Of a stretch of DNA of 64,000 bases, positions 27,884-38,871 are shown piece after piece (the stretch's first letter is position 1; each line of letters begins with the position of its first letter). The translations under genes and the position numbers were made by a program. This stretch comes from Gemmatimonadota bacterium (GTDB lineage Bacteria > Gemmatimonadota > Gemmatimonadetes > Gemmatimonadales > Gemmatimonadaceae). The notes under the pieces were generated by a model that saw only the letters and a program-made list of their open reading frames with translations, had not been told where the DNA came from and made no database searches. Where the stretch lies: the NCBI GenBank assembly GCA_040389905.1, contig JAZJZK010000015.1, positions 32,001-96,000 of the forward strand, read 5' to 3'.

Positions 27884-30400
27884 CTACGGTGTGACCGTCC
27901 CCTGCGCGGTGGCGGAATTGTACGTCGCACCTTCGATGAACGGCGTGTTGACAATGCCGCCCGATCCCGACCAGCCGGTTGCCGTCATCGTCCATGTCAC
28001 AGCGGCGCCTGCCTTCAGGCCCCAATTGTTGTCAAAGCCTGAGACGCCGGACAGATCCGGAATATCGAGAACGATCGGATCGCCGTAACCCGCCGTCCGT
28101 TGCACCGACGACTTCCGTGCGTTGGTGCCCGTCTGCTGGTAGTCGGCGACGAAATACTTGTTGTACTGCGTCTGCGCCGTGAATGTGCTGCGCAGTCGAG
28201 CGTAGGGAGCGGAGCCGAGTACGCTCACGACGGGTGTCGTGAGTGCGGGTCCGAGCGCAATGGTCTTGTCGGTCGCATCCTTGAAGACCAGTCCTGCTGT
28301 GCGCGTGTTGCTCAGGACGCCGGACAGCTGCACACCAGAGACGATCAGGAAGTGCAGGTCGGTCGATATTTGATTGGCCGCCGGAATACCATAGTACGTC
28401 CGCGCGCCCGACTGCGTGCCCGGATCGACGGTGTACGCCGCAACCGACCCGTTCGCCGTCAGGTAGGTGCCGATGACCGTGGAGATATCGCCGCCGAGAT
28501 TCGTGATCGTGAGGTTCTTGCTGACCGGGGCAAAGCTCTCGGCGCCATTGAAGTCGATGGTCGGGAGCGCAGTGCCGGCTGCCGGGCTGAGTCCACGGCG
28601 GATGATGAGCTTATTGAGCGTGTAGCTTACGCCCGAACCGCCGAACGAGAGGGCGGAGCGGCTTGCGATGAGGTCCACATTGCCGGACGCGACACCATTG
28701 AACGTGACCGTCGATCCAGAGAGTGCTCCGGTCGACCTTCCGAGCGTCTCGAGGAGCAAGTCCGTCCCGCCGTTTCCAGCGACCGGTGCGGTGATCGTCT
28801 TGCCCGCGCCGGACGCACCGCTGCACAGGTCTGTGCCTCGTGCGACAAGTTCGGCGGTCGTCCCATAGAAGACTTCAAGGTCAAAGCCGCCGCCGCTCAT
28901 CGCCACGACGTAGGCAATTCCGCCCTTTCCAGAGCTGATCTGTGCAGAGTAGCTGTCGAAGCTCCCGGTCAGGCGCGTCCACGCGGCACTTCCATCCTGC
29001 GCCGCAACCCACAGCGGAAGTCCCGACGTGCCGCAGAACGTCCAGACGACATTGCCGCCCGAGGGAGCCGCAGTCAGCGTAACAGCTACTGTCGACGTCT
29101 GGTCGGTGGCACCAGTTCCCGTGCCGCGAACCGTGACCGTCGTCGTGCCCGCCGACACACTGGCCGATGCAGTCAACGTCAGTGTCGCCGTCGTTGAGCC
29201 TGCGGCGATGCTCGTCGGCGCGAAGGTCGCAGTCACGCCAGTCGGCAGACCAGTCGCCGTCAGTGCGACGACACCGGTGAAGCTACCAGTCCGCGCGATC
29301 GTGACGTTCACCGTTCCGGACCCGCCTGCGCCAATCGTCGTCGTTGTCGGGCTGAGCGCGAGCGTGAAGCCGCCCGCTGCTGCCTGAACGGTGAGTGCCG
29401 TCGTTGCAGTCGCTGCGGTGACGCCGGTGCCTGTCGCGCGGAAGGTAATCGTGTTCGTGGCCGCAGCAGCGCTGGCAGCGGCGGAAATGGTCATCGTCGC
29501 AGACGTCTGCCCGGTGGCAATCGTTGCATTCGCCGCGGTCACTCCTGTGGGAAGGCCCTCGGCCGCCACGGTTACCTCACCCGTGAAGCCACCAGATCTG
29601 GTGAGCGTCAGCGTCACGGTACCGGTGGCGCCCGCGGTGACGTTCAATGCCGCCGGGCTCGCGGCAAGCGTGATGGACGGCGTCGCGGCTGCTGTTACCG
29701 TCAGCGCCGTAGTCGCTGTCGCCGCGGTAACGCCAGTGCCCGTCGCACGGAAGGTGATGGTGTTGGTCGCCGCGGCTGCGGTCGCTGCCACGACGACGTT
29801 CAACGTCGCCGAGGTCTGGCCGGTTGCAATCGTGGAGTTCGCCACGGTCACGCCAGTGGGTAGGCCTTCTGCCGCGACAGTCACATCGCCGGTGAAGCCG
29901 CCCGACCTCGTCAGCGTCAGCGTCACATTCCCCGTCCCGCCCTGAATTACGCTCAAGGTCGCCGGGCTTGCCGCCAAGGTGATCGCCGGTGTTGCCGCGG
30001 CGCGAACCGTGAGCCCGAGCGCGGCAGATGAGGTAACACCCGTGCCGGTTGCCCGAAGGGTCACGGTGCCCGTCGTGGCGAGCGCCGTCGCGACGGAGAC
30101 GACGTTCATCGTCGCGCTCGTTTGACCCTCAGCGATCGTCACTCCAGCCGCCGTCACGCCCGTTGTGAGACCCTCGGCGGCCACCGTGACTGCGCCGGTG
30201 AAGCCGCCCGATCTCGTGAGGCTGATCGTGACCGCGCTCGACGCTCCCTGCACGATATCAACGCTCGTCGGGGATACCGATATCGCGATCGCTGGGGTGA
30301 GGCCTGGCGTCACGTTTCCATCTCCGCCCCCGCCGCAACTGGCGAGCAAGAAAGAACAGAGCGTGCTGACGGTACGCCAACCAATTCGCCGAGATGACAT
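27884..30400 (-). CDS. Surface lipoprotein with four tandem Ig-like repeats
   Basis: Lipobox LLASC; repeats of TLTLTRSGGFTG.VTVAAEGLPTGVT; beta-rich C-terminal domain. Confidence 0.8.
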   Translation of the reverse strand: MSSRRIGWRTVSTLCSFLLASCGGGGDGNVTPGLTPAIAISVSPTSVDIVQGASSAVTISLTRSGGFTGAVTVAAEGLTTGVTAAGVTIAEGQTSATMNVVSVATALATTGTVTLRATGTGVTSSAALGLTVRAAATPAITLAASPATLSVIQGGTGNVTLTLTRSGGFTGDVTVAAEGLPTGVTVANSTIATGQTSATLNVVVAATAAAATNTITFRATGTGVTAATATTALTVTAAATPSITLAASPAALNVTAGATGTVTLTLTRSGGFTGEVTVAAEGLPTGVTAANATIATGQTSATMTISAAASAAAATNTITFRATGTGVTAATATTALTVQAAAGGFTLALSPTTTTIGAGGSGTVNVTIARTGSFTGVVALTATGLPTGVTATFAPTSIAAGSTTATLTLTASASVSAGTTTVTVRGTGTGATDQTSTVAVTLTAAPSGGNVVWTFCGTSGLPLWVAAQDGSAAWTRLTGSFDSYSAQISSGKGGIAYVVAMSGGGFDLEVFYGTTAELVARGTDLCSGASGAGKTITAPVAGNGGTDLLLETLGRSTGALSGSTVTFNGVASGNVDLIASRSALSFGGSGVSYTLNKLIIRRGLSPAAGTALPTIDFNGAESFAPVSKNLTITNLGGDISTVIGTYLTANGSVAAYTVDPGTQSGARTYYGIPAANQISTDLHFLIVSGVQLSGVLSNTRTAGLVFKDATDKTIALGPALTTPVVSVLGSAPYARLRSTFTAQTQYNKYFVADYQQTGTNARKSSVQRTAGYGDPIVLDIPDLSGVSGFDNNWGLKAGAAVTWTMTATGWSGSGGIVNTPFIEGATYNSATAQGTVTP

Positions 30401-30579
30401 GTACGACTCCCTCTGCGCTATGAGTGTGTGTGCCGCCTCGAAGCGAGGTCGGCAGTGGCGAACGGAGTTTTCCGTCGCCAAGGAACGCGGGAGCGGCGTT
30501 GTTCCGTCGCGTTCTGAGCGCTACCGTAGTAGCGAGCCGTTCAACGCGGCGTGATCTGGCCGTGACCTGAGAGATTTCC

Positions 30580-33330
30580 TTGCCGATTCGCTTCAGAACG
30601 CTCGGACAAATCGATCTTCACTCGGCCGACGGACGCGAGCTCGACGGCTTGCTCGCCCAGCCGAAGCGCGTGGCCGTTCTCGCGTATCTGGCGGCCAACT
30701 CGCCGCGCCTTTCTCGGCGAGACACCCTCCTGGCGATGTTCTGGCCGGAGTCCGACGCTGAGCATGCCCGTTCGTCGCTCCGAAAGGCGCTGCATTTTAT
30801 CCGTCAGGAAGTTGGCGACGTGATCGTCACCCGCGGCACCGACGAAGTCGGTCTGCGGACTGAGGACGTCGAGGTGGACATCTGGGAGCTCGACGCCCAC
30901 ATCGCCGAAGGCAGGAACGGCGAAGCGATGCAGCTCTACGCGGGTGATTTTCTGCCCGGCTTTTTCATTCGAGGCGCACCGGAGTTCGAGCGCTGGCTCG
31001 AAGTCGAACGGGAGAAGCTGCGTGCGCGGGCCGCGGGAGCGATCTGGTTGCACGCGGAAGAGCGGGTGTCCGCCGGCGACCTCGATGGCACTCGGGCGGC
31101 AGCGCTTCGCGCACTCGAAGTCTCGCCGCATGATGAGGTTGCGTTGCGCCGGGTGATCTCGATGCTCGCACAGCATGGCGATCGCGCGGGTGCGATTTCC
31201 GTCTACCAGGCGTTTGCGGCGCGGGTGGAGGCAGATCTGCAAGTCACCCCCGCACCCGAGACACGAGCGCTTGCCGAGTCGATCTCCACGACCAACACGA
31301 TCACGAGCGTCGCGCCGATCGAGCCACGCATGCCGGCTCCGTCACTTGTTGCGCACACGGATCGACCCTCGGAGCGCCCAAAGTGGCGCGGCGTATTCGT
31401 CGCCCTGGCCGCCGGCATTGCGGTCGTTGTCAGCGCCCTGGCCTACTACGTCAACACCACCTCCGCCGCGCCAGACCTGAACGAGGGCCGACTCGCCGTT
31501 TTCCCCTTCCTGGTGCGAGGTTCGAGCGACACCCGATACCTACAGGACGGACTGCCAATCTTGCTGGGTACACGATTGGACGGGGCGGGATCGCTTCGCA
31601 GCATCGACTCACGCGTCACCTTCCTGGACGTTCGACGCGAACGGTCGGGCGACAGCATCACACCCGCTCGCGCGAGCGAGACGGCCGCTCGCCTCGGCGC
31701 TCGTTACTTCGTGCTCGGCACCGTGGTCGGCTCGCCCAGCGCGCTGCATCTCGACGTCGAATTGTACGATCGCAGGCAGGGCGGTGCGCGCGTTGCGCGG
31801 TCGGAAGCGAGTGGTTCGGAGGCCGACCTCATGCGCCTCGTGGATCGTGTCGCGACAGATCTCGTGGCTGGGACCTTCCGCGACAACCGGAGCGCAACAT
31901 CCCAGACGGCGGCACTAACCTCGACATCACTCGCCGCGCTCAAGGCGTGGCTCCGCGGCGAGTCAGCACTCGCCTCCGGCCGATATCTCCCGGCGATCGA
32001 GGCGTTCCGTGAAGCGATCGGCTTCGATAGCACATTTGCCATGGCGCACTACCGGCTGGCGCTGGCCGCGAACTGGGCGGGGGAGATGTCACTCGTGGTG
32101 CCGGAATCACAGCGTGCACTCGACTTTAGCGGGAGACTCAAGCCGTACGAACGCACGATCGTCGAAGCGTATTGGCACGGACGCCGCGGGCACTATGCCG
32201 TGGCGGAGAGTCTGTATCGGAGCGTCCTCGTGGAGCATCCGACTGCCGTGGAGTCCTGGTACGATCTCGCGGAGATCCTGTACCATGGGAATCCGCAAAA
32301 GGGGCGACCGATTGCCGAAGCGCGAGGTGCGTTCGAGCAGGTGCTTCGCCTGGATCCGGGGCATTTCGCTGCCGTGGTACACCTGGCTCGCCTCGCGGCC
32401 GCGCGACGTGACCTCCCCGCGCTGGACTCCCTGACGTCCAAGGCGCTCAAGGGCGATCCCGACGGCCCGCACCGGGCCGAGCTGTTGTTGCTGCGCAGTG
32501 TGAGTCTCGCCGACAGCGCGGCGACCGGAAGCTATCTGCACGAGCCGCACACCATCGCCGACCTCGATGCACTGTGGCGCTCGGCAGAATACTCGGGGCA
32601 AGTGGACCGCATCATCGAGGTCGCGGAGCAAGTCCTTCGCGGCGCCTCCGGCGATGAGATGCGAAGTTCGATGCAGTTGCTCCTCGCCCATCTGGAAATG
32701 GGCCGGGAGAATTTCGCCGGCGCCGAGCGGCGCGTCGACTCGCTGGCGAAGTTGTCGCCACAAACGGCACTTCTCACGCGGATGCTGCTCGCGACACATC
32801 CGGCCCTGCCGGTGGCCGAGCGTTCGGCGATCGTGGCGAGCACACGACGCGCCTTCGCTGCGACAACGAGTTCACGCCGCGGGGCGCGCGTCTTCGTCGG
32901 CATGATGCGCAGCGATGACGCAACGCCCTATGGAGACGGACTACGTGCGGCGCTCGCGCTCGCCTCGGGTGATACGGCGCACGTGCGGCAGTGGCTTGCG
33001 GCGACGGCGGACGTGGCGCCGACCAGTAGCATACCGTTGATGCGGCAGTGGCTGGCCATGTCCGTGGCGGGTGACAGTGCGTCGCGCGCGCAGCAGCTGC
33101 GAGACATGGAGCGCTTCGATCTCGATATTGCCAATCGATACATCTCGCCCACGCCATTTTTGCCGCGGGCGCTCAATCATCTGGTGGCGGCGCGACTGTT
33201 GGAGGGGGCAGGCCGGCCACAGGATGCGCTCGCCCACCTGAACGCGGTCCCAGAGGATCTCGGCTTCAACGTCGCGTACATGCGCGAGCTGGAGCGGCGG
33301 CGGGCGGCGCTGCGTGGCACGAAACCCTGA
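30580..33330 (+). CDS. SARP/BTAD regulator with TM helix and TPR-like region
   Basis: FRTLG..QPKRVAVLAYLA..RRDTLLAMFWPE, LYAGDFLPGF..EFERWL; central TM; AHYRLA-type TPRs. Confidence 0.85.
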   Translation: MPIRFRTLGQIDLHSADGRELDGLLAQPKRVAVLAYLAANSPRLSRRDTLLAMFWPESDAEHARSSLRKALHFIRQEVGDVIVTRGTDEVGLRTEDVEVDIWELDAHIAEGRNGEAMQLYAGDFLPGFFIRGAPEFERWLEVEREKLRARAAGAIWLHAEERVSAGDLDGTRAAALRALEVSPHDEVALRRVISMLAQHGDRAGAISVYQAFAARVEADLQVTPAPETRALAESISTTNTITSVAPIEPRMPAPSLVAHTDRPSERPKWRGVFVALAAGIAVVVSALAYYVNTTSAAPDLNEGRLAVFPFLVRGSSDTRYLQDGLPILLGTRLDGAGSLRSIDSRVTFLDVRRERSGDSITPARASETAARLGARYFVLGTVVGSPSALHLDVELYDRRQGGARVARSEASGSEADLMRLVDRVATDLVAGTFRDNRSATSQTAALTSTSLAALKAWLRGESALASGRYLPAIEAFREAIGFDSTFAMAHYRLALAANWAGEMSLVVPESQRALDFSGRLKPYERTIVEAYWHGRRGHYAVAESLYRSVLVEHPTAVESWYDLAEILYHGNPQKGRPIAEARGAFEQVLRLDPGHFAAVVHLARLAAARRDLPALDSLTSKALKGDPDGPHRAELLLLRSVSLADSAATGSYLHEPHTIADLDALWRSAEYSGQVDRIIEVAEQVLRGASGDEMRSSMQLLLAHLEMGRENFAGAERRVDSLAKLSPQTALLTRMLLATHPALPVAERSAIVASTRRAFAATTSSRRGARVFVGMMRSDDATPYGDGLRAALALASGDTAHVRQWLAATADVAPTSSIPLMRQWLAMSVAGDSASRAQQLRDMERFDLDIANRYISPTPFLPRALNHLVAARLLEGAGRPQDALAHLNAVPEDLGFNVAYMRELERRRAALRGTKP

Positions 33331-33497
33331 AGTCAAAATCCCGCGCGCGACCTGAAATGCATCGTGGCTCGCGGTGGATGACGGATTCTACGCCGTTACG
33401 AGCCGGATCGGATCGACTTCGTTTGCCCAGATAACCTATTCCGGTTCAGAGTCCGATACTGTGGGCGAGAGGGACTCCGTCCATCAAAGGCATTCCG

Positions 33498-36400
33498 TTG
33501 GTCACGAAGGCCACCGAGCGCACCGATCGCGCTCCCGAGCGTATACGAATCCGGACCGCCACACGAGTGTGGCGGTGGGGCCTGCTCCTGCTCTGCCTTG
33601 CCAGCCGGGCAACCGCGCAAGCCCGCGAGTTTCGTCATCTTGGCACAGACGCCGGTCTCGCTAACTCCTGGGTACAAGTGATCTACCAGGATAGCCGTGG
33701 CTTTCTGTGGTTCGGCACCGCGAATGGGCTCAATCGATACGACGGCAACGTGATGGAGGCGTTTCGGTACGAGCGCACGAATCCACGGAGCATCGCCGAC
33801 AATCGCATCGATGCAATCGTTGAGGATGGCGCGGGAGTGCTCTGGATCGGAACGCGAAGCGGCTTGAGCCGATTCGACTGGACCAGCAATTCCTTCACGA
33901 ACTACATGATCGAGGAGGGCGTGGAACTCGTCGCACGCCGCCCCGTGAACGCGATCATCGAAGATGGGAGAAGCACGTTGTGGGTTGGCGCGTCCACGGG
34001 ACTATTCACCTTCGATCGCCAGACGGGGCGTGAAAAGGCCTTTCGACTCCCGGTACGGCCCGGAGCACCGCAGCCCTTCATTCAAACCCTGCACGCTGAC
34101 CGTCGCAATCATCTCTGGATCGGAACGCGAGGCGAAGGCCTGTTCGATCTCGACCTCGTATCGGGGACCACACGGCTCTATTCCCGCGCGAGCGCCCCAC
34201 CGATGCAGCTACCCGACGACGACGTCAGGTCCCTGTCGCAGACGACCGACGGCCGGATTTGGGCGGGCACCTATAACGCCGGTATCGTCGAACTCGATCC
34301 CTTGTCATCCCATATCACCTCCTACAGGCATGACGCGCGAAATGCCGCGAGCATTTCGGTCGATCGGGTACGAAAGGTTCTCGCGGATCGCGATGGACGC
34401 GGACTCTGGATTGCCACTGACAACATGGGGTTGGAATACCTGGACTTTCACACGCGTGCATTCCAGCACAACCGCGCGAATCCGAAGAACCCGTCTTCCT
34501 TGAACAGCGACTCGTTCTGGTCGCTCTATCAGGAATCGAATGGACAACTCTGGGCGGGGACATTTTCCGCGGGGATCAACGTTCTCGAGCGCTCCGTTGC
34601 GCCGATCAAACGCTACTCAACGGTCGCGGGTGACGCCGGCAGCCTCAGCGCGAACGCGGTGCTCGCGTTTGCCCAGGACACAGCTGGCGTCGTGTGGATT
34701 GCCGCCGATGGTGGAGGACTCAACCGATTCGATCCGCGAACGGGCTCGTTCTCGGCGTTCACAACGAGGAATAGCAACCTGCCAAAGGACGCCGTCATCG
34801 CGGTCGCAGCGAGTGCAGGAGGTGTCTGGATCGGCACATGGGGTGAAGGAGGCGGGCTCAGTCGTCTCGATCCATCCACGGGGCGCTTCACGTCCTACAA
34901 CGCCGCGAACACCAACCTTCCAAACGACAACCTGTTCGCGGTGCACGAAGATCGCTTGGGGAGGGTATGGGTTGGATCATGGCAGGACGGTCTCTTTCAG
35001 TTCGATCGCGCGAAGAAGCATTTCACGAACTATCCGATCGGTCCTCCAGGCCGTCAGTCACAGATCTGGCAGATTTACGAGTTGCACGATGGACGACTCG
35101 TGTTGGCGACGCTCGAGAATGGAATGCTGATCTTCGATCCGGCGACGAAGTCGATGACGCCATACCGGAGTGGCCGAAGCGACAGCCATTCACTGAGCTC
35201 CTGGGAGGTACGGTCCCTTCTGGAAAGCGCGCCGAACATACTTTGGATCGGTACGTCAGCGGGATTGGATCGCCTCGACCTGACCACCGGTGCACTCGAG
35301 CACTTCACGACGGCCGACGGGCTGTCGAGCAATTTCATTTCGGGGATCGCAAAGGACGCGCGGGAGCATCTCTGGATCAGCACCGACCAGGGCATCACGC
35401 GCTTCGATCCCGTGACCAAGGACGTCACGAGATACGCCGCGACCGATGGGCTTCAGGGTCGTGAGTTCAACGCGCGTGCTGTTCTCGCTTCGCGTGAAGG
35501 AACGCTGTATTTCGGGGGGAACAATGGGTTCAATGTCATTGACCCCGCGACAATGGTTCAGAACCATCGCTCGCCCAGGGTCGTGCTCACGGGATTCGAC
35601 CTCTTCGGCAAGCCGGTCGTCATCGCTGCGCCGGGCTCGCCACTGAAACAGCACATTGCGGCGACGAGCGCGATCACGCTGAACCACAGGCAATCCGCCT
35701 TCACGATTCACTTCGCAGCGCTCGACTTTACGGCGCCCGAGAAGAATCAGTATGCCTACCGTCTGGAGAACGTGGACCCGGCATGGAGCGCCGCGAGCAA
35801 AGCGCACAGCGCGACGTACACGGGTCTACGGCCGGGATCGTACCGCTTTCGCGTTAAGGCGAGCAATAACGACGGCGTCTGGAACGAGGAAGGAACCTCC
35901 CTACTCATCACCATTGCTCCACCGTTCTGGGCGACGTGGTGGTTCCGCGCGCTCTGTGCAGCGGCCGCTCTGATCGCAGTGGCACTCATCGTCCGCAACG
36001 CGACCGACCGGCGCCGGGCTCTCGAGCACATGAACGCTCGTCTGGCCGAGGCAGCGGAACGCGATCGTCGGGGCCAGCAATATCTCGAAGGGAATGTCCT
36101 CGACATCCTCGACGCGATGCAACGATTCTCAACGGGCGATCACACGGTTGCACTGGATGTCGAGAGCGAAGATGCCATCGGCCATCTCCGTCGCGGATTC
36201 AATGCGGTGGTTGCCGATAGAAAACGCGCGGAGGAAGAACTCCGGCAATCGCAGAAAATGGAGGCCGTGGGGCGGCTCGCCGGCGGAGTAGCCCACGACT
36301 TCAACAATTTGTTGACGGTGATCAAAGGCAATGCGGGACTTGCCCTTATGGACATCGATTCGCGCGAGTCCGTTCGAATGGAGCTCGAAGAGATCGACCA

Positions 36401-37409
36401 CGCCGCGGACCGCGCAACATCGCTGACTCGACAGCTGCTCGCGTTCAGCCGCAAGCAGATTCTGAAGCCGCAGCTCTTCTCGCTCAATGGCGTCGTCGGA
36501 GAAATCGGCAGAATGCTCGAGCGTACGGTCGGCGAGGATATCCGGCTCGAGATCATTCTCGATCCGGAGTTGGCGAATGTGCGCGTCGATCCCGGCCAGA
36601 TCGAGCAGGTGCTGCTCAATCTCGTTGTCAATGCGCGCGACGCGATGCCACGCGGTGGGTTGCTCCTGCTCGAAACACGAAACGTGGAATCGTGGGAGGT
36701 GGCCTCCAACCCAGAAGCGGAGAGCCGGCGATACGTCGAGCTGATCGTGCGAGATACCGGCGTTGGCATGTCCGAAGAGGTGCGGCAACGTGTGTTCGAG
36801 CCGTTCTTCACGACCAAGGAGCAAGGGAAAGGAACAGGCCTGGGCCTGTCAACCGTGTATGGCATCGTGAAACAGAGTGGCGGGTTCGTTCGCGTTGAGA
36901 GCGTACCCGAACAAGGCACGATGATCGCCGTCTACCTTCCCAGGGTCGACGACGCCGAGGAAAAACCGCGAGTCGCGGTTGGTGACCCGCACCCCACGGG
37001 CACCGCGACCGTTCTGCTGGTCGAGGATGAGGATCTCGTGCGCACGCTGGCTTCGCGAGTGCTGCGTCGCGCCGGCTATACCGTGCTCGCGGCACCCAGT
37101 GGAGACGCCGCACTCGAAATCGCCGCAGCACACGAGGGAACGATCGACTTGCTGCTCACCGACGTCGTCATGCCGGGCATGAGCGGCCGCGAACTCGCCG
37201 AACGTCTCATGCCGGTACGGAAAGGCATGCGTCTGCTTTTTGCCTCCGGATACACGGAGGACGCAATCATCCGTCACGGGGTGTCGAGCGACGCGATGCC
37301 GTTCCTTGCCAAACCGTTCGCGCCCGGCGAATTGCTACAGAAAGTTCAGGAAGTGCTGGAAGCGTCCGCGCCAACGTTCTTCGGTGGCACGCCGTCGACG
37401 CACACCTGA
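33498..37409 (+). CDS. Hybrid sensor kinase (Reg_prop propellers, Y_Y_Y, HisKA, HATPase, REC); start uncertain
   Basis: QDSRGFLWFGT..GLNRYDG repeats, YRFRVKASNNDGVW, AHDFNNLL, GTGLGL, LLTDVVMPG. Confidence 0.92.
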   Translation: MVTKATERTDRAPERIRIRTATRVWRWGLLLLCLASRATAQAREFRHLGTDAGLANSWVQVIYQDSRGFLWFGTANGLNRYDGNVMEAFRYERTNPRSIADNRIDAIVEDGAGVLWIGTRSGLSRFDWTSNSFTNYMIEEGVELVARRPVNAIIEDGRSTLWVGASTGLFTFDRQTGREKAFRLPVRPGAPQPFIQTLHADRRNHLWIGTRGEGLFDLDLVSGTTRLYSRASAPPMQLPDDDVRSLSQTTDGRIWAGTYNAGIVELDPLSSHITSYRHDARNAASISVDRVRKVLADRDGRGLWIATDNMGLEYLDFHTRAFQHNRANPKNPSSLNSDSFWSLYQESNGQLWAGTFSAGINVLERSVAPIKRYSTVAGDAGSLSANAVLAFAQDTAGVVWIAADGGGLNRFDPRTGSFSAFTTRNSNLPKDAVIAVAASAGGVWIGTWGEGGGLSRLDPSTGRFTSYNAANTNLPNDNLFAVHEDRLGRVWVGSWQDGLFQFDRAKKHFTNYPIGPPGRQSQIWQIYELHDGRLVLATLENGMLIFDPATKSMTPYRSGRSDSHSLSSWEVRSLLESAPNILWIGTSAGLDRLDLTTGALEHFTTADGLSSNFISGIAKDAREHLWISTDQGITRFDPVTKDVTRYAATDGLQGREFNARAVLASREGTLYFGGNNGFNVIDPATMVQNHRSPRVVLTGFDLFGKPVVIAAPGSPLKQHIAATSAITLNHRQSAFTIHFAALDFTAPEKNQYAYRLENVDPAWSAASKAHSATYTGLRPGSYRFRVKASNNDGVWNEEGTSLLITIAPPFWATWWFRALCAAAALIAVALIVRNATDRRRALEHMNARLAEAAERDRRGQQYLEGNVLDILDAMQRFSTGDHTVALDVESEDAIGHLRRGFNAVVADRKRAEEELRQSQKMEAVGRLAGGVAHDFNNLLTVIKGNAGLALMDIDSRESVRMELEEIDHAADRATSLTRQLLAFSRKQILKPQLFSLNGVVGEIGRMLERTVGEDIRLEIILDPELANVRVDPGQIEQVLLNLVVNARDAMPRGGLLLLETRNVESWEVASNPEAESRRYVELIVRDTGVGMSEEVRQRVFEPFFTTKEQGKGTGLGLSTVYGIVKQSGGFVRVESVPEQGTMIAVYLPRVDDAEEKPRVAVGDPHPTGTATVLLVEDEDLVRTLASRVLRRAGYTVLAAPSGDAALEIAAAHEGTIDLLLTDVVMPGMSGRELAERLMPVRKGMRLLFASGYTEDAIIRHGVSSDAMPFLAKPFAPGELLQKVQEVLEASAPTFFGGTPSTHT

Positions 37410-37486
37410 ACGGAATGGTCGGGCGCGTCGGATTTCGTACCCGTATACTTCTGTGCATGCGATTGCGCCTCACAGGAGAATGACGA

Positions 37487-38860
37487 GTGGCTGTTCCCAG
37501 GATTGCGATCGTTGCCGCGATGTGCGGTGTCGCCGTGTCAACCATGTCCACGCGCGCCACCGCCGAGACGTACTACATCAACAGCCGAATCGGCAACGAC
37601 TCCAGCGCCGGCACGACGAAGGAAGCCGCGTGGCGCAGCCTCGCCAACCTCGAAACGCGGACGTTCACCCCGGGTGACAGCATCCTCTTCGCCAAGGGCA
37701 CGACGTACACCGGCGGGGTCCACTTCACCTCCTCCGGCACCGCCGAGCGAAGGATCGTGCTCGCGAGCTACAGCATGAGCGCCGATATCGTGCGCAGCGT
37801 GGATCGCACGCACATTGGCGCGATGATCCCGCTGTACGGCGCAGGACGGATGCCGTCGTTTTCCAACCCGGACTGGAACGTCTTCAACGGCAATGTCTTT
37901 CAGATCGACGGCAGTTTCGTCGTCATCGACGGCCTGTATTTCCACGACAACGCCAATCCGCCGGGCTCCGATCGCGTCAATCGCAACGTGCAGAAGATGG
38001 GTGCGATCTATCTCGCGCTCGGCACGCACCACAACGAAGTACGGAATTGCGAGTTTTCGAACACGCCCGTCGGCATCAAGGTCAAGGGCACGCACACCCT
38101 GATCACGCGGAACTACCTGCACGACGCCTACGAACCCATGGCGCAGTCGTGGGGCCCGATCGCCATCATGGTCGTGACGCCGTACAACGAGATATCGTAC
38201 AACACGATCACGAACTACGGCTCGTACGGCGGCCCATACGGTTCGGACGGGGGCGTCATCGAATTGGACGGCGTGGACATGGCGTTCGACGGACGCAACG
38301 TCAACATCCACCACAATGTCTCGATCAACAATCACGGCTTTGTGGAGCTCGCCGGCCGCAAGGTGGACAGCATCACCATCGCCTACAACCTCAGCGACGA
38401 CCGCAATCAATTCCTGGGTGGCGGGTCGATGACGAACGTGCGCGTGTTGAACAACACGGTCGTCCGCACGCGCGAACCGAACATCGATCGCTACGTGTTC
38501 TGGACGTTTGCCGTGGATACCACGAAGGTCACAGTGCGCAACAACATCTTTGTCATCGCGCCCGACCTGAAGGTCCTCGGTCCCATACAGAAGCAAGTGC
38601 CACGGCAGCGAGCGCCGATTGGCAATCAGGTGCACGATCACAATCTGTATTTCTCGCCGGGGAATGCGGACCCGATCGGCATTCCTGCGGGGAAAGGAGA
38701 ACTCATCGCGAACCCGATGTTCGTTGACTTTGCGAATCGCAATTTTCGATTGAGCGAGAAGAGTCCCGCGCGGAAACGTGGCGTGCCGGTGGGCTACACC
38801 ACCGATCTCGATGGACGCACCGTGCCGGCACGCGCGCCGAGTCTCGGCGCGTATCAATAG
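37487..38860 (+). CDS. Secreted parallel beta-helix (pectin lyase-fold) protein
   Basis: TYYINS..GND...GT....AW.SL, PGDSILF..G, Asn-rich coils, NFRL...SPA, LGAYQ. Confidence 0.75.
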   Translation: MAVPRIAIVAAMCGVAVSTMSTRATAETYYINSRIGNDSSAGTTKEAAWRSLANLETRTFTPGDSILFAKGTTYTGGVHFTSSGTAERRIVLASYSMSADIVRSVDRTHIGAMIPLYGAGRMPSFSNPDWNVFNGNVFQIDGSFVVIDGLYFHDNANPPGSDRVNRNVQKMGAIYLALGTHHNEVRNCEFSNTPVGIKVKGTHTLITRNYLHDAYEPMAQSWGPIAIMVVTPYNEISYNTITNYGSYGGPYGSDGGVIELDGVDMAFDGRNVNIHHNVSINNHGFVELAGRKVDSITIAYNLSDDRNQFLGGGSMTNVRVLNNTVVRTREPNIDRYVFWTFAVDTTKVTVRNNIFVIAPDLKVLGPIQKQVPRQRAPIGNQVHDHNLYFSPGNADPIGIPAGKGELIANPMFVDFANRNFRLSEKSPARKRGVPVGYTTDLDGRTVPARAPSLGAYQ

Positions 38861-38871
38861 ACACGACGGTG

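Noticed and set aside
29000..30300. ~300-bp DNA repeats as a non-coding array
   Set aside because: They encode the Ig-like repeats of the lipoprotein
37538..38857. Long antisense ORFs (also 1535-2830, 4794-5801, 46115-47341, 50059-51462)
   Set aside because: Typical high-GC shadows of well-supported genes on the opposite strand
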